DNA from: Macrostomum lignano | Lineage: Eukaryota | Direction: 5' to 3' | Length of the DNA: 64,000 bases | Assembly: GCA_002269645.1 (NCBI GenBank) | Contig: NIVC01001247.1 | Coordinates: forward strand, 282,928 to 346,927 | In this document: piece after piece, positions 22,500-34,867 of the stretch | Position numbering within the stretch: position 1 is the first letter of the stretch | Layout: each line of letters starts with the position of its first letter | The notes under the pieces: generated by a model | Databases searched by the model: none | What the model was told of the DNA's origin: nothing | What the model saw: only the letters and a program-made list of their open reading frames with translations | Position numbers and translations under genes: made by a program

Positions 22500-23110
22500 A
22501 GGTAGACAGTAAGCAGTTGTCTGTCTTGATCTGTCTTGTCTTGATCTTGTCTGTCTAGACAAGTAGACAGAAGACAGGTAGACAGAATACAGGCAGACGG
22601 AAGAAAGGTAGACAGGTAGACAGAAGACAGGTATACAGAATACAGGCAGACGGAAGAAAGGTAGACAGGTAGACAGAAGACAGGTAGACAGAAGACAGGT
22701 AGGCAGGTAAACAGAAGACAGGCAGACAGAAGACAGGTAAACAGGTAGACAGAAGACAGGTAGACAGAAGACAGGTAAACAGGTAGACAGAAGACAGGTA
22801 GACAGAAGACAGGTAGACAGAAGACAGGTAGATAGAAGACAGGTAGACAGGTAGACAGAAGACAGGTAGACAGAATACAGGCAGACGGAAGAAAGGTAGA
22901 CAGGTAGACAGAAGACAGGTAGACAAAAGACAGGTAGACAGAAGACAGGTAGACAAAAGACAGGTAGACAGAAGACAGGTAGACAGAAGACAGGTAGACA
23001 GAATATAGGTAAACAGGTAAACAGACGACATGTAGACAGAAGGCAGGTCGACAGGTAGACAGACGACAGGTAGACAGAAGGCAGGTCGACAGTAGACAAG
23101 TAGACAGTAG
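22500..23110. repeat. Purine-rich 8/15-bp tandem repeat
   Basis: AGACAGGT and AGACAGAAGACAGGT units. Confidence 0.9.
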
Positions 23111-23487
23111 GCAAACCGACCTAAAAGTACACTGCAGGTGCTCACAAAGTCAATGAAATTCGAATTTTAGAGTTATTGAGCACGAATGAGAGTAGCGTGG
23201 ATTGATTGGATATATTGGGAACACGGAAGCATGGGAAACAACGCGACTGGTGGAGAGCGCGCTTCGCGCAAGTTCGTGACTTTTCTACCATTCTTAGCCA
23301 TGCACGAATCATTTCGACTAACATTGAAAATGCGATCTAATTCCAAATTTATCATTAATATTCATTTATTAAATTTACGATATAACACTGCAAAACAACA
23401 ACTCTCGTTCATACAAGCTACAAAAAAGGGACCAAATAATGTTAAGTTATAACAAATTGAAATTAAGAATTATACACGCTATTGCAA

Positions 23488-23680
23488 AAAAGGGGTGTCA
23501 GGATTAGCCCAAAAGGGGTGTCAGGATTAGCCAAAAAGGGGTGTTAGGATTAGCCAAAAAGGGGTGTCAGGATCAGCCAAAAAGGGGTGTCAGGATTAAC
23601 CAAAAAGGGGTGTCAGGATTAGCCAAAAAGGGGTGTCACGATTAGCCAAAAAGAGAGAGAAGAGGGTGTCAGGATTAGCC
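23488..23680. repeat. 23-bp minisatellite (~8 copies)
   Basis: AAAAAGGGGTGTCAGGATTAGCC units. Confidence 0.9.
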
Positions 23681-24819
23681 TAAATTAGTTAATTAGAAGC
23701 GAGTAACAACTAACAAGCAGGGCATAAAGTCGTTCTGTCTATAGGCAGGACAAAAATTGTTGGGGCAACCCGCACTCACGGTACGACACTAGACTAGGTG
23801 TTATAATTTATAAATAATAGCGCACAACAGTAGCTTATAGAAGGAAAAAATTATAAAATAGGAAAAATATAAAAGCGATCCAGCATCCTGCTTTTATTAA
23901 GTCGCTTTCCAACCCAATTTGACATACACAATTTACGATTAACTGTAATATTTTAGTTATTGTATAGGAAATCTTCTTTGTTAGGAGAGAGGAGAGACTT
24001 TGAAAAGCATTTTATAGCATACTTGCAATGTAGACGTGTAAGTGTAAGGATATTTTCTAAGCACACAAAAAGAGTACGAGCCTTAATTACAGGGTATATG
24101 ATACGAACCTTTTATATTGAGCCTTCCTTACATATTGACAGAACTTTATCAATGGATTAGCTGCTGCGTCGCAGGCTATTAAAATTCAAATGAGTTTAAC
24201 TTTTTTACTAATTATCCTCCGGACTTTAAAACAGCCGTAAATGTACATCCCTAATAGATTTACATTTGTACTAAGATAGCGAAAATGATTTTCTACCCCG
24301 TCTCCTTTCCCCAAGCCACCCACCCCATTTCCTCGAGAGCTATTTTTAGATCAATATTGTACATTCCCCTATGTACATACGTTTAACTGTCTTCCCTCCG
24401 CTTAAACTTGTGCCCGAAAATGTACACCACTGCAAGAGAATAAATCGATTTTTTCTACCCCTAAACAAGCCCACACTAGAACCTCGGCCATTCTTTCCAC
24501 TAAGCGCTAAAATCAATATTTTCCACAGATTAAATTCTACTGTATAGCGGAAATCTAAAAAGTACATCTAGTCAGTTTCGCTTAACTTCCCAGTGGAGCA
24601 ATTCATATACGCCCCACTATACATTTTATCCTACGCCCCTTCGATGCGCGTCTAGCGCCCTGGCGCACAATTTGTCCAGTCAGGGCAACTACGTTTACCC
24701 TGCGCCCTTTCGACAGTCGAATAAATAATAACGGGATATCCTATTTATTCTACTTATAGTAGGAAGTAAGTAAATACCGGTATATGTATTCACGGGCCAT
24801 ACTAATGGATCCCAGCCTG

Positions 24820-24905
24820 CACCCTGCTGCTCCCCCGCCCTGTTGCTCCCCCGCCCTGCTGCTCCCCGCCCTGCTGCTCCCCCGCCCTGCTGCTCCCCGC
24901 CCTGC
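24820..24905. repeat. 16-17-bp tandem repeat x5
   Basis: CCCTGCTGCTCCCC(C)G units. Confidence 0.85.
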
Positions 24906-25371
24906 TGCTTCAAATGAATTTTTATTTTAATGTTAACTGCAGCCTACAATTTCCTAAGATTCAAAGATAGTCATTATTAGAAAATCAGGTATAATATCAG
25001 AAATATAAAATGGACAATCGCTTTATTTTCCATACTGGAAACACTGCCACGATTCATGGTTAAGTAATACGTAAATTTGTATTCACCTAATTTGTAAACG
25101 GAATTGTAGTTTTGCGATTTAAATCTGATATCATTTTGATATCTTACAGTTACAGTTACATTTTCTAAAGTGACTGCTCATAATTAATAAAACTGAAAAG
25201 GGCTATGCTCCGTTAATAACATCAAGGAGCTAAGCTAAGAAGGTAGCGCATTTTAAAATGATTATTAAGATTAGCATCAGATTTTAATGTTGAATAATGA
25301 TATAAATAGAACACAGATGCCAAAAACGCATATTTAAATGTTACTATCTACCAATCCATATCAAAGCGAAG

Positions 25372-25921
25372 CAGGGGCGTAGCCAGGAATTTTGATTGGG
25401 GGGGGCCGTGAGTTAGGGGGCGCCAGCTTCTTATAGGGGGGCGCCAGTTTCTTTTAGGGGGGAGCGCCAGTTTCTTATAGGGGGGGGCGCCAGTTTCTTT
25501 TAGGGGGGCGCCAGTTTCTTATAGGGGGGGGGGCGCCAGTTTCTTATAGGGGGGGCGCCAGTTTCTTTTAGGGGGGCGCCAGTTTCTTTTAGGGGGGCGC
25601 CAGTTTCTTTTAGGGGGCGCCAGTTTCTTATAGGGGGGCGCCAGTTTCTTTTAGGGGGGGGCGCCAGTTTCTTTTAGAGGGGGGCGCCAGTTTCTTTTAG
25701 AGGGGGAGCGCCAGTTTCTTTTAGAGGGGGGCGCCAGTTTCTTTTAGGGGGGGGCGCCAGTTTCTTTTAGGGGGGGTGCCAGTTTCTTTTAGAGGGGGGG
25801 GGGCGCCAGTTTCTTTTAGGGGGGGGGGCGCCAGTTTCTTTTAGGGGGGGGGCGCCAAGGCCAGAGTTGGTGATTGGGGGGGGGCCACGGCCCCCTTGCC
25901 CCCCCTCTGACTACGCCCCTG
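25372..25921. mobile_element. hAT-type non-autonomous element (MITE), 550 bp
   Basis: TIR CAGGGGCGTAG(C)CAG / CTGACTACGCCCCTG; exact 8-bp TSD AAGCGAAG (25364-25371, 25922-25929); interior is ~20 copies of G(n)CGCCAGTTTCTT(T/A)TAG. Confidence 0.9.
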
Positions 25922-25964
25922 AAGCGAAGTGAAATTAAGGACAAAACATTATCTAACCCTGCTT

Positions 25965-28896
25965 TCACAGTCGAAACAATTTCTGTCTATTTCCTCTTAA
26001 TTCATCCATCAAATTTTCTGCATCACTGTCGCTAGAGCTAGTGCAATTCTGGTCATCGTCCGGGACATTGTCGGCCTGCTGGGAATAGGCGAAGCGTTCA
26101 ATCGACTGACGCTGATTCTTCTGTGACCCATGCCCACCTGCACCACATGCTGAACGCTTTCTGCTGTCCACCGGTGCTGCAGTTGCGCTGGACGCCTGGT
26201 GAGCAGTGGCGTGGATCCGATGTCGAGTTGGGGTTGCTGGTGTAGTGGCTGTAGCAGATACGGGATGCGATGAAAATGCACCAGCAGCTGGTGTCATTAC
26301 CGTTGAAGCTGGAGAGACATATGCCGCTGCAGCCGCTGTAGATGTGCCCGCTGGGTCTCTGGCCAGGCTTGCTCGGTGACGCCGCTTTTTTAAACGGTCC
26401 GTACCGCGGTGCAACAGGTCTTTGCATATATCATGCACCTTAGCCGGTGTTGGCTTGGCTTCGTCCAAAGCATATAAGCTCGTGATGGCATCTGCGTGTG
26501 TTATAGTTTTATAGATAGATTTAGGAAAAATTCCAACTCTTAAGGTATTAGATAATATTACATTTCTACTAACAGTAGCTGATTTAGGAGTCAGTTCATG
26601 TTTAAGTTTATTTTTCAGATTTACGAAAATTTGCAGCATGAAAATTCTGCGAAGTTATTTAAGAATTATTTGAATGCCGCTTGAGTGGTCTCATAAAGCT
26701 CATGATATTGCATAATGAAATGATTCTCACCTTGAAAATAATTCAGGAGTATTACTTTAAAGCCCAGATGCTGATCAGTCAAAGCTGTGTTAGCTCCTGC
26801 CAGACGAGCTCGACTCTGCATATCTCTTCCGTTGAAGTTGACAGCTGCCTGTAGGTCGGGAGTCAAACAGGAGTCCATCATCGTCCGAACTGTCTCTGAC
26901 ACTGTCGACCGCTTAGCGAGAAGAAGCAGAGTTTTCTATAATGACAGAAACAACGGATATGGTTGACAAGTAATAGTTGAATCCGTGATTATCTGAGATT
27001 GTGTTGTCACTTGTCGTCAGGGAGAGTGCAAAGAGAATGAAACAGACGAGTCTAACATAGAGGGGTGCAGAAATTGAAAAAAATGAGACAAAAATACGAT
27101 AATTTAGCTAAATTGAGGTTGAGATTAAAATGAGGTAATTAATACGCTCGTAGAGGGGTGATATAAATATTGAGGACTAAACTTGAGTCTAAGATTAAAA
27201 TCTGCTTGAAATATCTGGCTCAAAACTTACCATTTCTGAAAGCATCTCTGTTGGCTGCAACTCAACGAACTCCACATACGCTTGCCAGCTACTGATGGGC
27301 CAGAACTGTGGTGAACGTGGACCGGTGCTGTCGACTGACGGTGCAGGTGCAGCTCTGCGCGAATTGACGCCAGTTCTTCTAGGCAGCGCTTTTGTTGGGC
27401 TTCCAATTTACTGTTTTTCACCATTTGTTCGCGGAGAAGTGACAGCTGCACGAAGAGGATTCCACGAATACTTTCTAAAGGAAAGTCGACCACCGACTGA
27501 ATCTGCCGCTGAAGCACGTGTACCGGACTTGGCCCGAAGCCAAATACTGAAGGCTTTGGGACAGCTGAGATGTCTGCGGCTGCTGCCTCTTCGACCCATG
27601 GAGCCATCACTGCAGCTTCAATTATTGTGATTGCTTCCTCATCCGCTTCCACTTCCGCTGCCGCTTTCGCTTCCGCTGCCGCTTTCGCTTCCGCTGCCGC
27701 TTTCGCTTCCGCTGCCGCTTTTGCTTCCGCTGCCGCTTTCGCTTCCGCTGCCGCTTTCGCTTCCGCTGCCGCTTTCGCTTCCGCTGCCGCTTTTGCTTCC
27801 GCTGCCGCTTTCGCTTCCGCTGCCGCTTTCGCTTCCGCTGCCGCTTTCGCTTCCGCTGCCGCTTTTGCTTCCGCTGCCGCTTTCGCTTCCGCTGCCGCTT
27901 TCGCTTCCGCTGCCGCTTTCGCTTCCGCTGCCGCTTTCGCTTCCGCTGCCGCTTTCGCTTCCGCTGCCGCTTTTGCTTCCGCTGCCGCTTTCGCTTCCGC
28001 TTGCACTGCAGCGCTTTCCAAAAGCTCCGTCTGATTTCCGCCTGATATCAAGTGTGCAGGCAGCGGGCACAGCGTCGCTAATGTCTCAGGCAGTTGTTGA
28101 TTTGGTAGCTGAAGTTGCGGGCGCCGCTTCTCAGTCGATCGGCCGTCCCAGAAGTGATCTGTGTCGGACGCAGAGCCACTGGACAGGTTCTGTGAAAATA
28201 TTTAATTTGGATTCTGGTCTAAGTACATTCAAAGTGTATAATCTTCTAGTCTAATTTGAATAAGCATAGTATTTCTCCTTCTTCTTCTCGAATTCATTTA
28301 TCACTATTCACTGAGACATTCAGAAACACGAAGCTCACCCTTCCTTGATACAACCGACGGGCCTGGCGCTGATCGCTCTTGCAAAAAACTCGTGGAAGCA
28401 CGAGAGCTAGAATATCCTTGAGCGTCTTTTTTTTCTTGATTAATTCTCGAGCAAATGCAAGGGCCGGTGAATCCAAAGAGTCGTCTAACACAACCTAAAA
28501 TGAAATATAATTAGGTCTATAATGCGTGTATAAATGAGCTCAATTACTGAACTTCAGCGACAGCTAGTAGTTAATGTCTGTACGCGCAGCAATTTGGTGA
28601 ATTTTATTTTTTCAAATCGGCCCTAATCTCAATGGCAGTCGTAATTAAATCAATAATTCGTTGATAACTTAAGCTTGTAACTATATAAAGTTATAAACAA
28701 AAAAGCTCACCTGGACAATAATTGCAGCAAAGTGCTGCCCTTCGTAGAGTGCCTTGCAGAACCATTTCTCAGTGCTATCTTTCAAAGCAAGCCACTCTGA
28801 GTCTGTCAAGTTTTCCAACTCTTCCGGGAGAATCAGATGCTCTTTGTTTGCCTCAACAACCTGTCTATCAGCTTTGAAAATTACAATAAACTTCAT
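25965..28896 (-). CDS. Spliced accessory protein of CMC element 2 (one apparent frameshift)
   Basis: Exons 28896-28711, 28494-28339, 28189-~27232, 26935-26731, 26491-25965; homologous to accessory gene 1; homology (FWPISSWQAYVEF) resumes in another frame after ~27350, so frameshift or assembly indel. Confidence 0.75.
27652..27999 (-). repeat. 18-bp coding repeat (AAAEAK) x~19
   Basis: GCTTCCGCTGCCGCTTT(C/T) units. Confidence 0.95.
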
Positions 28897-29247
28897 GATA
28901 ACAAAAATAGTTTTTATATGCTATAGATGGATAGATATTTTATGAATTCGATGAGAATTCTTACATCTAGCTAATTTGATCTGATGCAAAGTGAAAAAAG
29001 CTCATTTGAGAAAATTTAAGCAAGGCTTCAGCTTCGAGAGGTTGGCACAGGGCGATCTCATTGGTTCCGAGCATTGATAAACTCAGGAACCAATTTCTAT
29101 TGGGTCTTACCAAATATCATGTATCTTCAACACATAATCGCATTCGACTTACCATAACCTATCTTAACCTTTCCTACCCATCTTTTTACCTGATTTACCT
29201 ACATACAATTAATAATCTACTACAGGTAAAAGCATCTTTCAAACAAA

Positions 29248-31197
29248 ATGTCTTCCAAGAAAAATTTGCAACGACTTGCAACAAAGCACTTGCTATCTTC
29301 ATTTGTTGATAAAGAAAAGAGAGAGCAGGACAAGGTCACCACAGAGGCATCAAGCGGAGCGGAAGAACAACGGATGGACGTCGATGAAGGTGACCAGGAA
29401 GAGTTAAGTAATGTTGACTTTGATGAGATGGAGTGGAATCGTGATGCAGACGACATCTCCGAAGATGACACCGAAGAAGAAGATAATCGGCCTTTAGAAG
29501 TAAAGCTAGAAGCATTGCTTCTTCTATTTCTCTCAACGTACAATATTTCTCGCAGCGCCATGGCTTTCCTTCTCGCCGGACTTCGAGAAATCGGCATTCC
29601 TGCTCCAAAATCTGTTTTCCGACTGGAACGGCTTCTGAAGAAAGAATTTCCTGTAGGGGAATTACTGGCCATGGGGGATGGACATTTTAAGTACATCTCA
29701 ATACTCAATAATCTCCAACTATTAACTCGTCATGGGTTACTGCAACTTGCGCCTGAAAATCTGCAGAAATCAAGTGGTTCAACAAAAGTGTACACATTTG
29801 AGGCCCACCTGAATAGTGACGGATGTCCTCTTTTCCGTGCGAGTCAATTTGGCTTGTGGCCATTATTAATGACAATTCCAAAAGCATTCGCTAAGCCATT
29901 TCCGGTGGCAATTTGGGCTGGTATAGGCAAGCCACCATTAAAAGAATATTTGCAAGAATTCTGCGCGGAGGCGACGATGTTCTTATCTGAACCCGTTAAA
30001 ATCTCCGATGAGATAAGCATCATGCTCTCCGCTATTTACTTTATATGCGACACCCCTGCGCGCAACTTCCTAATGTGCACATCCGGTCACACATCTTACG
30101 TTGGTTGTCAATACTGTAGAGCCGTGGGTTCACGTGACGACAACAGAGTTGTCTTTTCAACAACCATCGCCGAGAGTCGTTGTGGACAGATATATCGCGA
30201 AGGAGGTGAAAGCAATCAAGCTGAATCTAAAATATTGTCACCGCTGCTGCACTTGCCGAATATGGACTTCGCGAACTGGTTCCCACTCGATTTTCAGCAT
30301 GCAATCTGTCTTGGAGCCGTGAGAAAAATTATGAACTTTTATTTTGGAAAAGGAGGCTGCAAACATTCTAGGAAAACAGTTAAACATCTGTCGGACTACA
30401 TTGATGAAATTGCCTGCTGGACTCCAAGCAACTTTCAAAGAAGGCCACGGCGCATTGACAAGTGCTTGTCATTTCTGAAGGCAACTGAATTCAGACAGTA
30501 TGTTTTGTATCTGGGTCCTGTACTTTTTAAGAGATACATACCAGAAAAACTTTACAAAAACTTCTTACTTTTGCACTTTGCCGTGTTCTGCTACTCATCC
30601 GAGAAGTACTCTGAACTTTGGTCTCAAGCAAAAAGTTGTATCGAAGTCTTTGTAGAGCAATTGTCCAAAATGTTTGGCAAAAAAGCTATCAGCTACAACA
30701 TTCACGCTCTGCTTCATTTCGACTACTTTGTAAGGAAATTTGGTAATCTGAACAACTTTTCGACTTTTCCCTTTGAGAACTATCTTGGTTCCATAAAGAG
30801 GAAAATTAAAGTCACCAGGCATCCAGCTGCACATGCTGTTGTTCAAGCGCTCAAAGTTCGAAATTTGAATTTGAAGGATCATTGTCTCCCGCCCTTAAAG
30901 TACAGCACAAAGAAGGGTGACAACTGCTGCTTCGTTGGTTCGCAGTGTGTGCTAATTCAACACGTGACTATTAACGGCAAAGTGTCAGGTAGAATTCTGC
31001 GGCCTACTGAAAGCCTCTATACGTATCCATTCCCTTCGCTGCTTCTTGGAATTGGTGTATATCACCTGACATCCGAGATCACGACTGGACAACCAAGCCG
31101 CAAATGTTGGCTCCTACCCCATGCGACTTCGGCAGCAGCTGAGGGCGAGACAGTGGACTCATTCTATGTAATTCCACTAGCAGGGCACGATGAATAG
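29248..31197 (+). CDS. CMC-type DDE transposase (649 aa), uninterrupted
   Basis: SDGCPL..LWPLL, CDTPAR..GH..Y.GCQYC, DFQHAICLG, KATEFRQY, NIHALLHF, FSTFPFEN; colinear with 7285-9288. Confidence 0.92.
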   Translation: MSSKKNLQRLATKHLLSSFVDKEKREQDKVTTEASSGAEEQRMDVDEGDQEELSNVDFDEMEWNRDADDISEDDTEEEDNRPLEVKLEALLLLFLSTYNISRSAMAFLLAGLREIGIPAPKSVFRLERLLKKEFPVGELLAMGDGHFKYISILNNLQLLTRHGLLQLAPENLQKSSGSTKVYTFEAHLNSDGCPLFRASQFGLWPLLMTIPKAFAKPFPVAIWAGIGKPPLKEYLQEFCAEATMFLSEPVKISDEISIMLSAIYFICDTPARNFLMCTSGHTSYVGCQYCRAVGSRDDNRVVFSTTIAESRCGQIYREGGESNQAESKILSPLLHLPNMDFANWFPLDFQHAICLGAVRKIMNFYFGKGGCKHSRKTVKHLSDYIDEIACWTPSNFQRRPRRIDKCLSFLKATEFRQYVLYLGPVLFKRYIPEKLYKNFLLLHFAVFCYSSEKYSELWSQAKSCIEVFVEQLSKMFGKKAISYNIHALLHFDYFVRKFGNLNNFSTFPFENYLGSIKRKIKVTRHPAAHAVVQALKVRNLNLKDHCLPPLKYSTKKGDNCCFVGSQCVLIQHVTINGKVSGRILRPTESLYTYPFPSLLLGIGVYHLTSEITTGQPSRKCWLLPHATSAAAEGETVDSFYVIPLAGHDE

Positions 31198-31654
31198 ATT
31201 TCTCAGGTAAATATAGTTCATTGGCCTTTCTACTTACTTGTGTCTGTGTTTTATCAATCAATTTAAATAAACACCTGTCAGTAAATTAAAAAAGTTCTAA
31301 ATTATTATTTAATTATTTAATTAGATTCAATTATCGACTTTCATTTCTAAAATAATTATGTTAACAGGATCGATAGCGTCATCGACATCTTCCGATTCGT
31401 CCTGCGCTGTGTCCCAGAGAAGATGAAGTAAAGCTGTGATTCCATAAAGCAGCTAGAACAGCTGGAATTCCATAAAGACTGGAGAGGGCTGATAATAAGT
31501 AGAGCCATAAGTTTTCATGGAGTCTTGTGAAAGCCTTCACTTCCTATCCTATATACCAAAATGAGTCGTCTGTATGTACAGTATGTATGAATGTTATTTT
31601 TAAACCCCCATCTCGATCATTTGTAGAAGTCTGTGTCACTGTCAGTGTAACACA

Positions 31655-31770
31655 AACACACACATATATATATATTATATATATATATATATGTGTGTGT
31701 GTATATATATGTACATATATATATATAAAACATATATATATGTGTGTGTGTGTTTGTGTGTATATATATA
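31655..31770. repeat. (AC)/(AT)/(GT) compound microsatellite
   Basis: Direct reading. Confidence 0.9.
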
Positions 31771-34700
31771 CTTGTGTTGTTCCCTTGCTCCCCATTAATA
31801 TTTTATTACCTTTGCGACTTACTGTGTATATTCTTGTTAACCTGTGCTTGTGTTGTGAGCCAGCCACAACACAAGTCGTGCTGGTTTCTACGATATCCCA
31901 CTATGAAAAATCCATGGAACTAGCTCTTGTTGAGGCATCAAACTAGCTATCGAGACTTTATTTTTAAGCCTCGTATTCTAATTCTATGCTAGATTTCCAG
32001 GAATTCGAGGCTGGTTCGAGAATAGTTTGCGAAAACGCTACCCTAGAACACCTGGTGTTTCCGTGTCCTTAATATGGCTTGTGTAAAATCCGAGACCTCT
32101 CTGTCTCCTTTCTTTATTGCATTTCCTAAGGGAAGCTAACAAAGGGGAATCACAGTCACTGAACAAAGTAAGCACTAAGGGTTGCGTAAATACTCGTATG
32201 AATTGCGTTTTAGACCGCTTTATTAATCAAGCCATATTGTTATGAACCCCTTTTCGCGATCGATTCTTCAACTATATAGTTGAGATTATTCTCACTGCTC
32301 CCAAAAAATTACTAAGCTAAGGCCCCAAAGCCTTCAAATTTGTGCAGACCTTGTGCAGTATGTTTACATCCGAATGCTAAATATTCAAATGAGTGCGTTA
32401 CTAAGTGTCAAGCTAAATATTACTTTAGAGTTAATCTTCAAGTTCAATGCTTGGCAGGCTTGTCATTTGAGTATTCGAATTCTCAGTAAAGAGTATTGCA
32501 GCTTTTATCTAAAGGCAAATTTCTCAATGACTCGTAAACTTGTGCACCCAGGTCAAGTAATTTTCCAAGAAATGCCTTTTCTATTCATCCTGTGTGAGCA
32601 TTTTTGTAAGAATTAGCTGGTAAAATAAACTGAGTCTTGCTTTCAATTCCTTGCAATCAATATACATGTACCTATATTTGAAAATGAGGAACCTAATACT
32701 TGTGTTGCTTTATTATTGTCAGATTATAGTTTTTAGTATATACATGTTAGGACATAGATAACTTTAATGGAGACTCAGATATGAGATTCTAACCGATTAT
32801 TAGAGCGTGCCAGTCGGTGTCACCCACAAAAAGAATGTCTCTATCTCAATCAGCTTTCGACTTCGAGATTTTTGAAGGGCGCTTATGCTTTCGCAGTTTT
32901 TGTACAGATGTTAAGAAACGGCGAATGCAACTGCTTGTTATTCTGAGTCTGTTTGAAATATCTGATACCATTTATTTTTCGTAACTTGTGATACGGTATA
33001 CATGTATATAATTAAGCCAATATATACCAAAGCTCTATACGAAAGAACAAAGCAAACCAAACAAAGATTTCCTAGCTCTGCTTCTCCCCTCTTCCCCTTA
33101 AGAGTGGTGTGCCACGATTTGCATGGATTTGGCCTTAAAAAATCGGGATACCGAACCGAAGCAACTGAAGCAGAAATTCGTTTCTGCGTTGTGCCTCTAA
33201 CGGGCGACAGTGATTAGATTCAAACGGATTTGTTATTAGCTCGACTCGTATATAGCCTAAAGTTTATGTCAAGATTTCTAGATTGTATATTGGTATTAAT
33301 TGAAACGTATATCGTTTCCCACAGCTGTTTTGGAATCATCAATCAGCTGCTTTGATTTCTCGACTCCGCCCCGAATGCATTTGCCGAAAAAACTACTAGC
33401 TTATGCGACTGTGAACTGGCATCATCGATACACAAAGAGACTGAAACCTCGAGAACGCTAGCTATAAGTCCGTTTTTGTTCTGCCTTGCTTTCTTGGTTC
33501 TGCTTTGTTGAAGGCCTTCCTAATGTATCAAAACCAAGATTTATATCTGTTTAGCTGCATAGCTAACAAAAATCGTGGAAACCCATTCTATTCATGGTCT
33601 GAGAACCCTGATCATGCATGGACGACTATATATAAGCACCCGGACAGGAAACGGAAAATACATTATTTTTTTCTGTACAACATGGGGCAAAGTTCCTTCT
33701 GAGGAAGAGAGGAGTGGGGGCCCTTCTCCGCAACACTCTTTCCCTCACGGCATCCCAAACAAGCAAACGCGTACATATCGCGTTCCAGCCTGAAGCCAAA
33801 GTGAGCAAGTGCATGAAAAGACAGTGACACAGACTGTGGGGTTGTACATTGACAAGTGGTTTGAATAAGGATAACTGTTGCCTTTTCTCTCGATTGCACT
33901 ATAATTTAGTGACTCTAAAACGTTATTTATCTGCATTTTTTCACCAACTGTTTGCTGATTATTTTAAATTGCCAATCCTGCATAAATAAACAGTGCCGAA
34001 TTCTGAAATAGTAGTTATTGGCATTGGCATGTCATCAATAAATGAGATTCTGTCTTGCGCTCAAAACTTATTTTCCATGATTGATTCTTTTGGTGGCTGA
34101 GGAACGGACTGGCTGGGGGAAGAAGAATGCCCTCATCTTGTACAGGCGGCAATTTCGCTTTCAGTCCAGTAGAATCTAGGAGTCCATGGATCGTGCCTGG
34201 ATCAAACAAAGAGGCTGGAAAAAAAACTTTTTTCTTATCGGGGGAGTATCGGACGAGACAGTAGGAACCTGGTGGCGTGGCAAAAAAGATGTCGGAAGGA
34301 GAAGCTCGAGAGGCTAATAAATTAGATTTTTGCTTCTAAATGGAAGAAGCAAAAGAGATAAAGGGTTCCGAATGCCGTGGGTATCCTCATGCCCATTTCC
34401 AAACATATACAATATAGACAGGTAAAGTGAAGTAAAAAAGCCTCTAGGACATAAAAATGGTTTATCTCACCGCTCGATCGATACAGAGCGGGTCTCTTTC
34501 TTGGACAGAGCATATGTCCAACAGATACGGCTCTGTTGGACCAATGCTATACTTTTTGCGGCCTCAGTCATACATATCGGGGGAAGAACCTTCTGTGTTG
34601 ATTTTTCGTCCCGGCAAGCCTCGAGATTTGGTCTGTGACTCGAAGAATAAGAACAAAGAGGTTCGGTTGTCTCCAGAGCGGCCAGATGTGGGTCTGCGAT

Positions 34701-34867
34701 CTGTGAAGCATCTGCATTTGGCCCCCTGTCTTTAGCAAACTCAGCATTGCTTTTCCTGTGCCTGGTCCCCTGGGTCCAGGAAACTGCTTTCTCCTGGTCA
34801 AGGAAGCTGTATTAGTAGACTTAACATGAAATTCTACAGATCACTAGAGCGTATCAGTCGGTGTCAT

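Noticed and set aside
34015-34807. Possible captured two-exon gene on the minus strand inside CMC element 2
   Set aside because: 34807-34471 is open with plausible splice sites, but joining to the next candidate exon hits a stop at ~34235 and no domain is recognisable.
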